Assembly: GCA_035391225.1 (NCBI GenBank)
Contig: DAOPKN010000001.1
Location: forward strand, 119,007-183,006
Length of the DNA: 64,000 bases
Direction of reading: 5' to 3'
Source: Thermotogota bacterium
GTDB taxonomy: Bacteria; Thermotogota; Thermotogae; MWEM01
Both the position numbers and the translations under genes were made by a program. Shown here in pieces: positions 35,656-48,445 of this stretch; positions within the stretch are counted from its first letter, which is position 1; every line of letters begins with the position of its first letter. The notes beneath the pieces were generated by a model. The model had not been told where the DNA came from. It saw only the letters and a program-made list of their open reading frames with translations, and searched no databases.

Positions 35656-36918
35656 TCATGGATTTGGGTTCGGATTGGATATTACCGTCAACACTTCCGA
35701 ATACTGCAGGCTGGTGTTTTTGAGCTTGATCAAGATTTCCACGGTGTAGGACCCGGGGGTGGGAAAACGGATTTCCCGCCATTGCTTGGATTGGAAAACG
35801 CTTCGGGTGGAAAAGGCGGGCATGAAGATGTTCAGCACTCTTTCGGAGCGGTATTGGAAAAGCATTTGGTCGTTGTTGCGAATCGAGAAGAGCATCGATT
35901 CGATTTGCTCGCATACCTCGCTTTCGGTATCGTTCGCCAAGAGGATTTCCGCCTCGTACGGTTCTCCTGCCCCCACCACTTTCAGCGAGTAGGGCAGAAT
36001 CCGTATTTTGTCCTTGCGGTACGTGCTGCTGATTTCGCGACACAGGAAAGTTTGGGTTCCCTGCGTGAGTTCGTTGTTGATGAAGTAGCTGTAGTCCAGC
36101 AAGAAATCGCCGGTTTTTCCGGGTGCAGCAAAGGAATCCAGGGAAATGTCCAGTTTTTCCCCCGGTTGGAACTGGTATTCCGGGTTACCCAGCGTGTCGC
36201 TGAACTGCACCAACGAGTCGTTTCCATCGCGCACCGAAAAGGTGTACGCCCCCGGAACAATGGACTTGATCGATGGTGAATCGTTCTGTATGCGCAGAAG
36301 TGGGCGTACGGACTGGTTGGGAAGGTGGAAGTCTTGCATGAGGTCGAGGGTAATGGACACTTTTTCGACCACGGAAAAGGCCCAGTTGAGTTCCACGGGG
36401 GTATCGTCCACCTGGAAAGTGAATTGAAGCGTGTAGTTGCCCGGATCGAGGGTGAAGGCGGGGTTATCGCGGGCAAAATCGAACACTTCCCGGGCATCGT
36501 ATCCTTCCAGGGAAACGGGAGTGGGGGAGGGAAACACAAAGCGGTACACGGCGACGCCGTTGGCACCAAGGATTCTACAGGCAAAATTGCCCACCACGAA
36601 TTCGCGGGCGGAGGGACGCACGTTGGAAACCTTCAACACGGCTTGCAACGGTTCACTGTAAAGGAAGGAAGATGAGCAGCTGATCCGGAAAAGCAAGTTC
36701 CCCACTTTTTGGATATGGGGATCGGTTTTGCTGCCTCGCAGGTACAGGAAGTAGCCGGCGAACAAACCTGCCAGGGTGAGGAAACTGATCACGAGAAACA
36801 GGCGGGCCCGACGGCGGTACTTGTTATCCTTGTTTTGCTTTTTTTTCTCTTCCATATCCTGGCGGATTTGTGTGGGCGTTTTGCCGTGGTACGCGATCTG
36901 TTTCGGTTCCTCAGGCAT
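35656..36918 (-). CDS. Hypothetical bitopic membrane protein with large beta-rich extracytoplasmic domain
   Basis: Start at MPEEPKQ. Lys/Arg-rich cytoplasmic N-terminus, one TM (LFLVISFLTLAGLFAGYFLYL), ~330-aa beta-rich domain, C-terminal NPNPNP. Start overlaps pilB stop. Confidence 0.5.
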   Translation of the reverse strand: MPEEPKQIAYHGKTPTQIRQDMEEKKKQNKDNKYRRRARLFLVISFLTLAGLFAGYFLYLRGSKTDPHIQKVGNLLFRISCSSSFLYSEPLQAVLKVSNVRPSAREFVVGNFACRILGANGVAVYRFVFPSPTPVSLEGYDAREVFDFARDNPAFTLDPGNYTLQFTFQVDDTPVELNWAFSVVEKVSITLDLMQDFHLPNQSVRPLLRIQNDSPSIKSIVPGAYTFSVRDGNDSLVQFSDTLGNPEYQFQPGEKLDISLDSFAAPGKTGDFLLDYSYFINNELTQGTQTFLCREISSTYRKDKIRILPYSLKVVGAGEPYEAEILLANDTESEVCEQIESMLFSIRNNDQMLFQYRSERVLNIFMPAFSTRSVFQSKQWREIRFPTPGSYTVEILIKLKNTSLQYSEVLTVISNPNPNP

Positions 36919-38653
36919 TGATCGCCACCCTCCGTACTTCGTCGATGGTGGTGAGCCCGCGCAAAGCCTTTTGGATGCCATCTTCGTACATGGTACGCAT
37001 CCCCGCCTTCCGTGCGGCCTTTTCAATCATACTCTCCGGTGCCCCTTCGGCCATCAGGCCACGGATCTTGCGGTCCACGATCAAGATCTCGTGGATGCTG
37101 GTGCGCCCCTTGTAGCCACTCTTGCGACATTCTTGGCATCCGGTGCTCTGGAACTCGTTGAATTCATCGCGGGTTGGGTACAAGAGCTTCGCGGTCTCCA
37201 AGTATTCTGGGTGCGTTAGGGGGCGGGAGGTTTTGCAATGGTCACACAGGGTACGCACCAATCGTTGCCCCACCACACCCAGCAACGAAACCCCCAACAG
37301 GTCGGGCTCCACCCCCAGGTTGAGCAAACGGCTCACCGCGGCCGAAGCGCTGTTGGTGTGCAGGGTGCTCAGCACAAGGTGACCGGTCATGGAGGCTTCG
37401 GTGGCGAGTATCGCGGTTTCCTTGTCCCGGATTTCTCCCACCATGATGATATCAGGGTCTTGCCGCAAGATGGCACGCAAGAAGCGGGCAAACGTGAGCT
37501 GGATTTCCGAGTGCACCTGGCACTGGGTAATCCCGCTGATACTATATTCCACGGGGTCTTCAATGGTAACGATGTTGCTGGTGATGCTCTTGATCTGGTT
37601 GAGCACTCCCACCAACGTGGTGGATTTCCCACTTCCCGTGGGTCCGGTAATCAAGATGATGCCAAAAGGGAATTGCAGCAGGTGCTGGAAGCGTTGGAAG
37701 TTGTAGTCGGAGAAGCCCAGGTCTTCCAGGCGTTTCGCCGAGTTGGAAACCTTCAGCAGCCGCATCACTACCTTTTCGCCGAACACCGACGGCATCGTGG
37801 AAACCCGGAAATCGTACTGTTCCCGTTCGTGGCGTATAAAGAACTTGCCGTCCTGGGGAAGCCGGCGTTCCGCGATATCCAGCTTGGAAATGATTTTTAC
37901 CCGGGAAATGACGGGGTTGTGGAGCTTGCGGGGATACTCGGTGATTTTGCGCAAAAGGCCGTCCACGCGAAAACGAATGCGCACCAGCTTTTCGAAGGGT
38001 TCGATGTGGATATCACTGGCGTCCTGCTTGATGGCGCCCAGCAAGATTTCGTTGACGAACTTGATGATGGGAGCTGTTTCTTCGTCTTCCTGGGCTTCTT
38101 TTTCGGAGGCCTCAAGAGCGCCGAGGTCCAACGTGTTCTTGGAATCCTTCTCGTGGGTCAGCGCGGTCTTGAACTCCTCCACCGTCACGATGTTACTGCC
38201 GAAGTATTCTTTCAGCAGGTAATCCAGGTTCGGTTTGGAGGTGATGAAAAAGTGGGGTGTGAGCCCGGTGATGAACTGGATATCCCTCTTGATGGACGGG
38301 AGGTTATTGATCTGATCGGTCAGAATGTGGATGGACTGGTCGTCTCCCCTCTCGAAGGGGATGGTTCGCCAGTTTTCCACGTTGTTCTTGCTCAACACGA
38401 AGAGGATATCCGGGGTGATGGTCATTTCCGAGATGTTCTCCACCAAGGGGAGATTGTACTGCTGCGAGATGGACTTGGCGATGGCATCCCAGGTCACGAA
38501 TCCCTTTTCAACGAGGATTTCTCCCAGCGGTTTCTTTTCCTGCCTTTGGATGGCCACGGCCAGATCGATGTCTTTTTCGGAAACCAGGCCTTTTTCCAGG
38601 AGGATTTCACCGAGACGCTTGTACTGGAAAGAATCCAACGTTGCCATGCTCAT
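36911..38653 (-). CDS. pilB: Type IV pilus assembly ATPase PilB (GspE family)
   Basis: Two N-terminal GSPII_E_N (MshEN-like) domains, Walker A GPTGSGKST, Asp/His boxes, tetracysteine motif CDHC...CQEC; 580 aa. ATGA overlap with ftsZ. Confidence 0.92.
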   Translation of the reverse strand: MSMATLDSFQYKRLGEILLEKGLVSEKDIDLAVAIQRQEKKPLGEILVEKGFVTWDAIAKSISQQYNLPLVENISEMTITPDILFVLSKNNVENWRTIPFERGDDQSIHILTDQINNLPSIKRDIQFITGLTPHFFITSKPNLDYLLKEYFGSNIVTVEEFKTALTHEKDSKNTLDLGALEASEKEAQEDEETAPIIKFVNEILLGAIKQDASDIHIEPFEKLVRIRFRVDGLLRKITEYPRKLHNPVISRVKIISKLDIAERRLPQDGKFFIRHEREQYDFRVSTMPSVFGEKVVMRLLKVSNSAKRLEDLGFSDYNFQRFQHLLQFPFGIILITGPTGSGKSTTLVGVLNQIKSITSNIVTIEDPVEYSISGITQCQVHSEIQLTFARFLRAILRQDPDIIMVGEIRDKETAILATEASMTGHLVLSTLHTNSASAAVSRLLNLGVEPDLLGVSLLGVVGQRLVRTLCDHCKTSRPLTHPEYLETAKLLYPTRDEFNEFQSTGCQECRKSGYKGRTSIHEILIVDRKIRGLMAEGAPESMIEKAARKAGMRTMYEDGIQKALRGLTTIDEVRRVAINA

Positions 38654-39705
38654 TCACCTCGAAGGAGTTCGGTCAGACCCATGCGGTACACGGCGGGGAT
38701 ATCGCCGTCCATGCTCAGCAATTCTTCGCTGTCCTCGAACTTGGTGGCAATCAGGGTGACGCGCACTTCATCTTCCGGAAGATCCTCGTCGAGGATCAGT
38801 CCAAATTTCATATCTACCGTTTCGCTACAGCGCTGGCGAATAACCGCGGCGGCAAGGTTCATTTCGCGCATGGTGATGTTTTGGTTGGAGGAAATGTTCA
38901 AGATTACCGCTGTCGCGTTGTCCACGGGCCTTTCCAGCAGCTTGCTGTCCATCGCGCGGATGGCCGCCTGTTGTGCGCGTTCTTCCCCCTTGCCGATGCC
39001 GATGCCCAGAAAGGCAACACCCGCTTCGCGCATCACCGATTCGATATCCGCGAAATCCTGGTTGATCAATCCACGCCGGGTAATCACTTCGCTGATCCCC
39101 TTTATCCCCTGGTGCAGTGCCTCGTCGGCTTTCAAGAAGCCATCCATCACGGTGATATCCCCGGGGAATTCCTCGAGAAGCTTGTTGTTGGAAATCTTGA
39201 TCAGGGTGTCCACGTGCTCTCGGAGGTTCACCAAGCCCTTCTTGGCGTTTTCCCAGCGGTTTTTTCCCTCGAAATAGAAGGGTGTGGTGACTACTCCGAT
39301 GGTGAGAATGCCCGCTTCGCGCGCGAGCTTTGCGATCACCGGAGCTGCCCCCGTTCCCGTTCCCCCGCCCAGCCCAGCGGTGATGAACAACATATCGGTG
39401 TCTTCCAAGATGGACAGGATTTCTTCCTTGCTTTCAAAAGCTGCTTTTTCCCCTTTTTCCGGGTTTCCCCCAGCTCCCAATCCACGGGTGAGTTCCTTCC
39501 CGAGTTGGATCTTGATGTCAGCCTTGGAATCCTCCAGGACCTGCAAATCCGTGTTCGCAACCACGAAAATCACCCCGTGGATACCACTTTCTATCATGCG
39601 GTTCACGGCGTTGTTTCCAGCACCTCCAACCCCGATCACTTTTATCGTGGGATTTCTCCTGGGTTGGCGGCGTAAATCCTTTCCATCGTCTATCTCGAAT
39701 GGCAT
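38650..39705 (-). CDS. ftsZ: Cell division protein FtsZ
   Basis: Tubulin signature GGGTGTG, T7 loop, NTDLQ; 351 aa. Confidence 0.97.
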   Translation of the reverse strand: MPFEIDDGKDLRRQPRRNPTIKVIGVGGAGNNAVNRMIESGIHGVIFVVANTDLQVLEDSKADIKIQLGKELTRGLGAGGNPEKGEKAAFESKEEILSILEDTDMLFITAGLGGGTGTGAAPVIAKLAREAGILTIGVVTTPFYFEGKNRWENAKKGLVNLREHVDTLIKISNNKLLEEFPGDITVMDGFLKADEALHQGIKGISEVITRRGLINQDFADIESVMREAGVAFLGIGIGKGEERAQQAAIRAMDSKLLERPVDNATAVILNISSNQNITMREMNLAAAVIRQRCSETVDMKFGLILDEDLPEDEVRVTLIATKFEDSEELLSMDGDIPAVYRMGLTELLRGE

Positions 39706-39717
39706 GTTTCCCCCTCC

Positions 39718-41067
39718 TCAAACCAGCTTTTTCAGGAATTCCACTATTTTTTCAAAGGTGGATGGACCTTGTTTCTTGGGATGTTTCGGCGTGGATTTCT
39801 TCCTTTTTCGTTCCTTGCGTTCCGCAACGGGCAGTGCTTCTGCTTGATCGCCCCCGCCAAAGATTTGGTACCAGTGCAGGTTTCCGAAACAGGCGGAAAA
39901 AATGGGGCTTCGCGTTTCATCGGGTGTTTGGATTTCCATGCTGCCCGTTCCCACGTGGCCGATGCGCACCTGGACTTTGAAGGAATCCCGCAAGAATTCC
40001 ACCAGGCCTTCGATGTTGGCACCGCCACCTGTGATGACAACGCCTCCGGGAATACCCTGTTCTCCTTCTTTCACCATTTTCGAGGTGATGAGGCGCATTT
40101 CCCGCTTAATGGAGTTCAGGATTTCGCGGATCTTTGCGTAAATCACGATGGAAAGCTGCGAACGGGCGATTTGCTTGTTGGTCTTTCCGTCCAGTAAGGT
40201 GTAGGAAATGGAATCATTTTGCTTGTCTTTCAACGCCACCTTGCCGTACTGGATCATCAGTCTTTGGGCCTCGTCGAAAGAGGTGTGGAATACTTGGGCA
40301 ATGTCCTTCACGACGTGCTTGATCCCCTGGTCGATCGCTTTCATGTAGTAGATCGCACCGTTCAGGTAGGCAGAAACGGTGGTGAAGGAGTGCCCGAAAT
40401 CGATGCACACCACCCCACGTTCTTTTTCCATGGTGTTCAGCACGACTTCGGCGGAAACGAAAGAACTGGAGAAGACCCCGGGTTTTTCTCCCACGACCCC
40501 ACCAAAAGCGTTGCTGATGGAGTCTTTGACGGTGGAATCCAACGAAACGATGGAGGCGGTCATTCCCAGCGAAGTGGCTTCCATCTCGATGGGGTTTAAC
40601 ACGGTCCGTGCTCCGTCCAGGATGTAGTTTTGGGGGATCACGTGCAGGATACTTCGTGCTGCTCCGATCAACTCGAACGATTCATCCTCGAGTGCTTTTT
40701 CGGCCTTACCCGCAGAAATGGCATCGAAGAGGGAAAAAACATGTTCTTCCCGGATCGGAACGGGATCTCCGGGGGATAGTTCGATGGTGTAGGTGGATTC
40801 TCGTAAAAGGGTGGTTCTGTCAGAGAAGGAGATCACGAAGTACGATTCCATTTTTCGCGTGAGCTGACTGCTCAAATCTTGCACGAGTGTTTCCAACGAT
40901 TCGCGCAGTGCCACGATGTCCTTGAGCTCTCCCCCTTCAAAGCCGCGGGCGGTTACGGTGGAATGGGCTTCCACGTGGGGTCTTCCGGGTTCCAGTTCAA
41001 TGACCAACCCCTTCAGCTTGAAAGATCCGATATCCACCACCGTCAACACTTCAAACGATTCGGCCAT
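39718..41067 (-). CDS. ftsA: Cell division protein FtsA
   Basis: Actin-like ATPase with SHS2 insert; VVDIGSFKLKGLV start, ITGGGANIEG; 449 aa. Confidence 0.93.
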   Translation of the reverse strand: MAESFEVLTVVDIGSFKLKGLVIELEPGRPHVEAHSTVTARGFEGGELKDIVALRESLETLVQDLSSQLTRKMESYFVISFSDRTTLLRESTYTIELSPGDPVPIREEHVFSLFDAISAGKAEKALEDESFELIGAARSILHVIPQNYILDGARTVLNPIEMEATSLGMTASIVSLDSTVKDSISNAFGGVVGEKPGVFSSSFVSAEVVLNTMEKERGVVCIDFGHSFTTVSAYLNGAIYYMKAIDQGIKHVVKDIAQVFHTSFDEAQRLMIQYGKVALKDKQNDSISYTLLDGKTNKQIARSQLSIVIYAKIREILNSIKREMRLITSKMVKEGEQGIPGGVVITGGGANIEGLVEFLRDSFKVQVRIGHVGTGSMEIQTPDETRSPIFSACFGNLHWYQIFGGGDQAEALPVAERKERKRKKSTPKHPKKQGPSTFEKIVEFLKKLV

Positions 41068-41076
41068 TTTCTCGCA

Positions 41077-43958
<2,882 letters not shown>

Positions 43959-44310
43959 AACCTATTGTATCATAGACTGTCCAAGAAACAAGACAAATCG
44001 AAAGGCTCTCCCCTCCACGGTTTCCTGTTTCCGGGAATTCCCTGGCCATCTTTTGCCCGCCGTTGCTTTTCCTTGCTCTTCGAAGGAGCGCAACCCTCCG
44101 CGTGGCCCTTGGCTGTGCCATCTATCACAGCTTTGTTGCCAGCATAGACTGCGTAACGGAAGTTAGGGAAATCGGTTTCAAAAAGGTCGATTTCATGTTT
44201 GTGGTACGATACACGGGTAACCCCATTGGGACGGTCTAAATTGTATCATATTTCCCGTTTTCCTTCGCTTGGGCAGACTGCTTAACCTGCCTCGGAACAC
44301 CGCCATGACG

Positions 44311-44318
44311 TGTATAAT
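44311..44318 (+). promoter_or_regulatory. Extended -10 promoter element (TGTATAAT) for dnaE
   Basis: TGnTATAAT 30 nt upstream of the GTG start; RBS GGAGGGAGG at 44334-44342. Confidence 0.6.
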
Positions 44319-44348
44319 GGAAGGGGGAAATTTGGAGGGAGGGTTGCC

Positions 44349-47279
44349 GTGCTGCATATGCATAGTCATTTTCACCTGGGACAATCGCTAATGGATCCGA
44401 AGGAAATCGTTCGGAAAGCCAAGGAGTATGGGTATTCCTTTGCTGCATTGGCTGACCCCAACTTGTGCGGGATTCCCAAGCTGGTTTTCCAGGCCCGCGT
44501 GGAGCGAATCAAGCCTCTTGTGGGAATGGAAACCACCTTTTCGGACGCGCGGTTCAGCGTGTTTTGCCGCGACCGGCACGGGTACCAGCTCTTGGTGCGC
44601 TACGTGAATCACCGGGTTTCTTTCCGGGAGTTATGGGATTCTCCATCCCTTGTCTTCGTGTTGCAACAAGCGGCGGAGCTTCCCCCTTCGCTCCCCCTGC
44701 GGGAATGGCTTTTCCGGGGGATTTTGCAGTGGGATAGTGCTTCCCCCTCCAGCGACCCCGCCGGGCTGCCGGAGCTTCTTTTCCCCCCGGTTCTCTTTTT
44801 TGCGGGGACATCCACTGCATCGTTGGAAATTTTCCGGGGGAGCTGTTCCCAAAACCCGTACCCGGAAATGCATGCGTTGGGAATCCCCTTTCCCGACCCG
44901 AATGCGCTGCAACAGATGTTGCGGGGGAAAGAAGCCTGGTGGGAAAACCTGCAGAAGATCGTGGAAAGCACCGAATCCTTTTCGCTGGCGCACCCTTTCC
45001 AATTGCCCTTGCCCCCCTTCCAACCCCCTTCCACGGAGAAAGGGGAACCGCAGCCGCAGCGTAGCGGGTGGCTCGAAGGTATTCGCGCCGCACTCGATCC
45101 GCGGGATCCCGATGGGGAAACGTTGTTGCAACGTGTGGTTTCCCGAGCGGCGGACCACCCGAGATGGGGTGAAGAAGCATTCGAGAAGCGGCTGCGAATG
45201 GAACTGCAAGCCATCACCCGAAACGCATTCTCCCGCTACCTCCTTCTGGCCGCGGATATCGTGCAAGCAGCCCACGAGTGTGGCGCCATGGTTGGTCCGG
45301 GGAGGGGATCGGCGGTTTCTTCCCTACTCGTGCACTTGCTGGGAATCACCGCGCCCGATCCCTTGGAGCACCAGTTGTTGTTCGAACGGTTCGTGAACGC
45401 TTTTCGAAAAGACCCGCCGGATATCGATCTGGACGTGGAAGATCGGAAACGCCAGCAGGTGATCCTTTTCCTGCAAGAACGCTACGGGGAGGGGCACGTG
45501 GCGGGGATCTCCACTTTTGGGACCTTCGGAGAACGCCTTATCCTTCGCGAGTTGGAGAGAAAGCACAAATCCCACCTGTCCCCTTCCCAAAGGCGGAAGT
45601 TCCAGGGTGTTTTCTCCGCGCTTTTGGGCAAGGTGCACCATTTCTCCACGCATGCTGCCGGGCTCCTCTTTTCCCAGGAGGACTTGCGGGATTTTCTTCC
45701 TCTTTTCGGCGGAAACAATGCGTTTCCGGTTTGCCAGTACGGCATGGATGACCTCCGGGAACTGGGCATGGTCAAGATGGATCTGCTCGGGCTCAATACC
45801 CTCAGTCTCATCAAGGACTGCCAGCTCACACTTCCCCGGCCCGAACGGGAACCTTTGGAACATTTCGACATTTTCCGCGGAGAATCGTTGGGCGGGGTTT
45901 TTCAACTGGACAGCCCCTCGGGGCGGGCTCTGCTGGAGAAGTTCCAACCCCGGGATTTCCCAGAGTTGCGCATCGTGATCTCGCTCAATCGGCCGGGACC
46001 CATTCACAGCGGGCTTGCGGATCGCTACCTGCAAAATGTTGGGCGCGAGCCGTTCCCGAAAAACACCCACCCGCAACTGCAGCAGATTTTGGCATCCACT
46101 GCTGGAGTACCTGTTTTCCAGGAGCAGATCTTGCGCATTTGCATGGAAGTGGCGGGCTTTTCCCCGGAAGCTGCCGATGCTTTCCGGAACGCCATGGCCA
46201 AGAAAATGCCGGAAAAAATGCAGGAGCGCGCCTTGGAATTTCGCAAGGGTTGTGAACGATCGGGAATGTCCGAGAGAGAAGCGCGGGAGTTGTTGGACCA
46301 GGTACGGGAATTTTCCGGGTACGCTTTCAACAAGGCGCACGCCACGGCGTATGCCTACCTGACTTTTTGGACCGGGTGGTTGAAGAGGAACCATCCCCAA
46401 CGCTTCTTCCCAATCTTCCTGGATGGTTTGTGGGGACGGGAAGAAAAGGTGTATTCCTTGCTCGAGGAGATGCGCATGCGGGAGTTTTCGGTGCATCCAC
46501 CGGACCTGCAACGCAGCCAAGTTTCCAGCCACATGCAGGGGAATGATTTTTTCCTGGGGTTGCGCCATGTCCGTGAAGTCTCCCAAGCAATGGCCGAAGA
46601 AATCGTTGCAGCACGCCAACAAGGTGAATTTGCGAACCTGGGGGATTTTTTCGAACGGCTGGAACCGGGAAGCCTTTCCGAACGCGCTATCCAAAACCTG
46701 CATCGGGCGGGGGCCTTCGAGTGCCTGCAACCCGGTGTCGCACTGGAAGAAGTCATGGGATGGAAAAACCGTATGCGCACGGAACTGGCGCATATTGGTG
46801 GCGAAATCTTTGGACAGTTCGCGAACGTAGCGGAAGGGAACACGAAACGTGCCCAGACGCGCGATCTTCTCACGTCCGAAAGGTTTTCCCTGGGGATCTT
46901 GGTTTCCTACCCGGAAGTTTTTGGGTTGCCCTTTTCCCCGTTTGGTGGTGCAGAACGGCTGAAGCTGGTACACGTGACTGAAGTGCTCCTCCCCTTGCTC
47001 CGTTACAAGGGTTTTGATGGAAGCAAAGAGGGAATGTTCGAATGCGAACCCCCCGGTAGGGCGCTTGCACTGGGAGAAAAGGTGGTGGTGGGTGGTGGAG
47101 AGAACCTTCCCCTTTTCCTGGGGACCTTTGATCCCAGGGAGAAACGACTCGAATTCCAGGGGGAAAAGAGCTTGCTGTTTTTCTCCCTGTTGGAAGGGAA
47201 ACAGCGCAGGATGAAACGATGTGGGATGCAATCAATCCGGGTGTCGAACGCAGCAAAATGGATGGAGGTGGATTTATGA
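44349..47279 (+). CDS. dnaE: DNA polymerase III alpha subunit, short DnaE form (PHP domain plus polymerase core, no OB/tau-binding tail)
   Basis: PHP motifs (HMHSHFHLGQSL), palm/fingers motifs (GMVKMDLLGLNTLS; FNKAHATAYAYLTFWTGWLKRNHP), HhH region. About 976 aa from GTG 44349. The ORF-track start at 44310 lies inside the promoter. Confidence 0.88.
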   Translation: MLHMHSHFHLGQSLMDPKEIVRKAKEYGYSFAALADPNLCGIPKLVFQARVERIKPLVGMETTFSDARFSVFCRDRHGYQLLVRYVNHRVSFRELWDSPSLVFVLQQAAELPPSLPLREWLFRGILQWDSASPSSDPAGLPELLFPPVLFFAGTSTASLEIFRGSCSQNPYPEMHALGIPFPDPNALQQMLRGKEAWWENLQKIVESTESFSLAHPFQLPLPPFQPPSTEKGEPQPQRSGWLEGIRAALDPRDPDGETLLQRVVSRAADHPRWGEEAFEKRLRMELQAITRNAFSRYLLLAADIVQAAHECGAMVGPGRGSAVSSLLVHLLGITAPDPLEHQLLFERFVNAFRKDPPDIDLDVEDRKRQQVILFLQERYGEGHVAGISTFGTFGERLILRELERKHKSHLSPSQRRKFQGVFSALLGKVHHFSTHAAGLLFSQEDLRDFLPLFGGNNAFPVCQYGMDDLRELGMVKMDLLGLNTLSLIKDCQLTLPRPEREPLEHFDIFRGESLGGVFQLDSPSGRALLEKFQPRDFPELRIVISLNRPGPIHSGLADRYLQNVGREPFPKNTHPQLQQILASTAGVPVFQEQILRICMEVAGFSPEAADAFRNAMAKKMPEKMQERALEFRKGCERSGMSEREARELLDQVREFSGYAFNKAHATAYAYLTFWTGWLKRNHPQRFFPIFLDGLWGREEKVYSLLEEMRMREFSVHPPDLQRSQVSSHMQGNDFFLGLRHVREVSQAMAEEIVAARQQGEFANLGDFFERLEPGSLSERAIQNLHRAGAFECLQPGVALEEVMGWKNRMRTELAHIGGEIFGQFANVAEGNTKRAQTRDLLTSERFSLGILVSYPEVFGLPFSPFGGAERLKLVHVTEVLLPLLRYKGFDGSKEGMFECEPPGRALALGEKVVVGGGENLPLFLGTFDPREKRLEFQGEKSLLFFSLLEGKQRRMKRCGMQSIRVSNAAKWMEVDL

Positions 47280-48121
47280 TTCTGGACGGAAAGAAACCCG
47301 CCCTGCAAATCCGGGACGAGTTGCAAAAGAGAATGCGAAGCCTTCCGCGATCTCCCAAGCTTGTGTCACTGGCGGTTCAACCTGACGATGCAACGCAGTC
47401 CTACTTGCAATCCCAAGGTCGCGCAGCAGAGAAGTTGGGAATTTCCTTTGAAATGCAAGAACTTGCGGGTGAATCGTGCATGCAAAAGGTGTTGGGAGAA
47501 ATCGCGCGCTTGAACGGGGATGAAGGGGTGGATGGTGTTTTGGTTGCGCATCCTCTTCCGGCACATTTGGATGAGATCCGGGTTTTGCAAGCTTTGGACC
47601 CGAAAAAGGACGTGGAAGGGAGAACCCCCACCAACATGGGCTTGCTGCTGTACGAATCGCCTGTTTTCTACCCGTGTACGGCGGAAGCGGTACTCTACCT
47701 GTTGGACTATTACCACCTCGACGTACAGGGGAAAGCGGTGACCATTATCGGGAGGAGCAACACGGTTGGCCGCCCATTGGCGTTGATGATGCTGGAGAGA
47801 AAGAGAAGCGCCACCCCAACCGTCTGCCATTCGCGTACGGAAAATTTGGCGGCCGTTGTGTCCAACTCGGATATCCTGGTGGTGGCGGCGGGGAAAGCTG
47901 GGCTGATAAAGGTGCGAGAGTGCAAACCCGGCGCCATAATCCTGGATGTGGGCATCAACGTGGTGGATGGCCGCATCTCCGGCGACGTGGAAAGGGACCC
48001 GAGTGCAGAGGAAAGCATGGGATTGCGCGTGTCTCCCGTCCCGGGAGGGGTGGGACCCGTAACCACAGCCCTCCTCTTGCGCAACGTTGTGCACAGCGCC
48101 TTACAGGGTTTGCAGGCATAG
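47276..48121 (+). CDS. folD: Bifunctional methylene-THF dehydrogenase / methenyl-THF cyclohydrolase
   Basis: MILDGKKPALQIRDEL start, GRSNTVGRPLALML, PVPGGVGPVT; ATGA overlap with dnaE stop. Confidence 0.92.
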   Translation: MILDGKKPALQIRDELQKRMRSLPRSPKLVSLAVQPDDATQSYLQSQGRAAEKLGISFEMQELAGESCMQKVLGEIARLNGDEGVDGVLVAHPLPAHLDEIRVLQALDPKKDVEGRTPTNMGLLLYESPVFYPCTAEAVLYLLDYYHLDVQGKAVTIIGRSNTVGRPLALMMLERKRSATPTVCHSRTENLAAVVSNSDILVVAAGKAGLIKVRECKPGAIILDVGINVVDGRISGDVERDPSAEESMGLRVSPVPGGVGPVTTALLLRNVVHSALQGLQA

Positions 48122-48164
48122 CGGAGTCGCGAAACGGCCCGCAACATTTTCTTTTTTGGGTAGC

Positions 48165-48193
48165 TTGACAAATCCATCAATTTCGTGTATGCT
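48165..48193 (+). promoter_or_regulatory. Sigma70-type promoter for csp (TTGACA-17-TATGCT)
   Basis: Consensus -35, 17-nt spacer; about 48-nt 5'UTR before RBS GGAGG. Confidence 0.6.
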
Positions 48194-48241
48194 TGGGATT
48201 GACCGATTACGGTCCAAATGTTTTTTTGGAGGAATGAAAGT

Positions 48242-48445
48242 ATGTTAACAGGTAGTGTCAAGTGGTTCAATGCTCAGAAGGGGTACGGTTTTATCACACA
48301 GGATGGCGGAAGCGATGTCTTTGTTCACTTTTCTGCAATTCAGTCCGACGGCTTCCGAACTCTCGAAGAAGGACAACGCGTGGAGTTTGAGGTTACGACA
48401 GGTGAAAAAGGACCACAGGCTGCGAATGTAAGGATTGTTGAATAG
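48242..48445 (+). CDS. cspA: Cold-shock protein (CspA family)
   Basis: [37 protein letters not shown]1/RNP2 motifs; 67 aa. Confidence 0.95.
   Translation: MLTGSVKWFNAQKGYGFITQDGGSDVFVHFSAIQSDGFRTLEEGQRVEFEVTTGEKGPQAANVRIVE

Noticed and set aside
35642-36043. In-frame upstream extension (134 codons) of the HD-domain gene and similar extensions on the GGDEF, coxM-like, kamD and psuG ORFs
   Set aside because: Extensions are low-complexity and overlap neighbouring genes. Strong RBS sequences precede the internal ATGs chosen as starts.
43959-44309. DnaA boxes / oriC in the dciA-dnaE intergenic region
   Set aside because: No good matches to TTATCCACA or its complement. Only short repeated words were seen, which are reported as a low-confidence finding instead.
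45324-47231. 635-aa minus-strand ORF antisense to dnaE, plus other long antisense ORFs (e.g. 28739..29845, 27008..27967, 24128..25198, 17961..19097, 7464..8501, 33205..34161)
   Set aside because: High GC content yields long stop-free antisense frames. Each lies entirely within a sense gene that has strong homology; the antisense products are low-complexity (Gly/Arg/His/Pro-rich).
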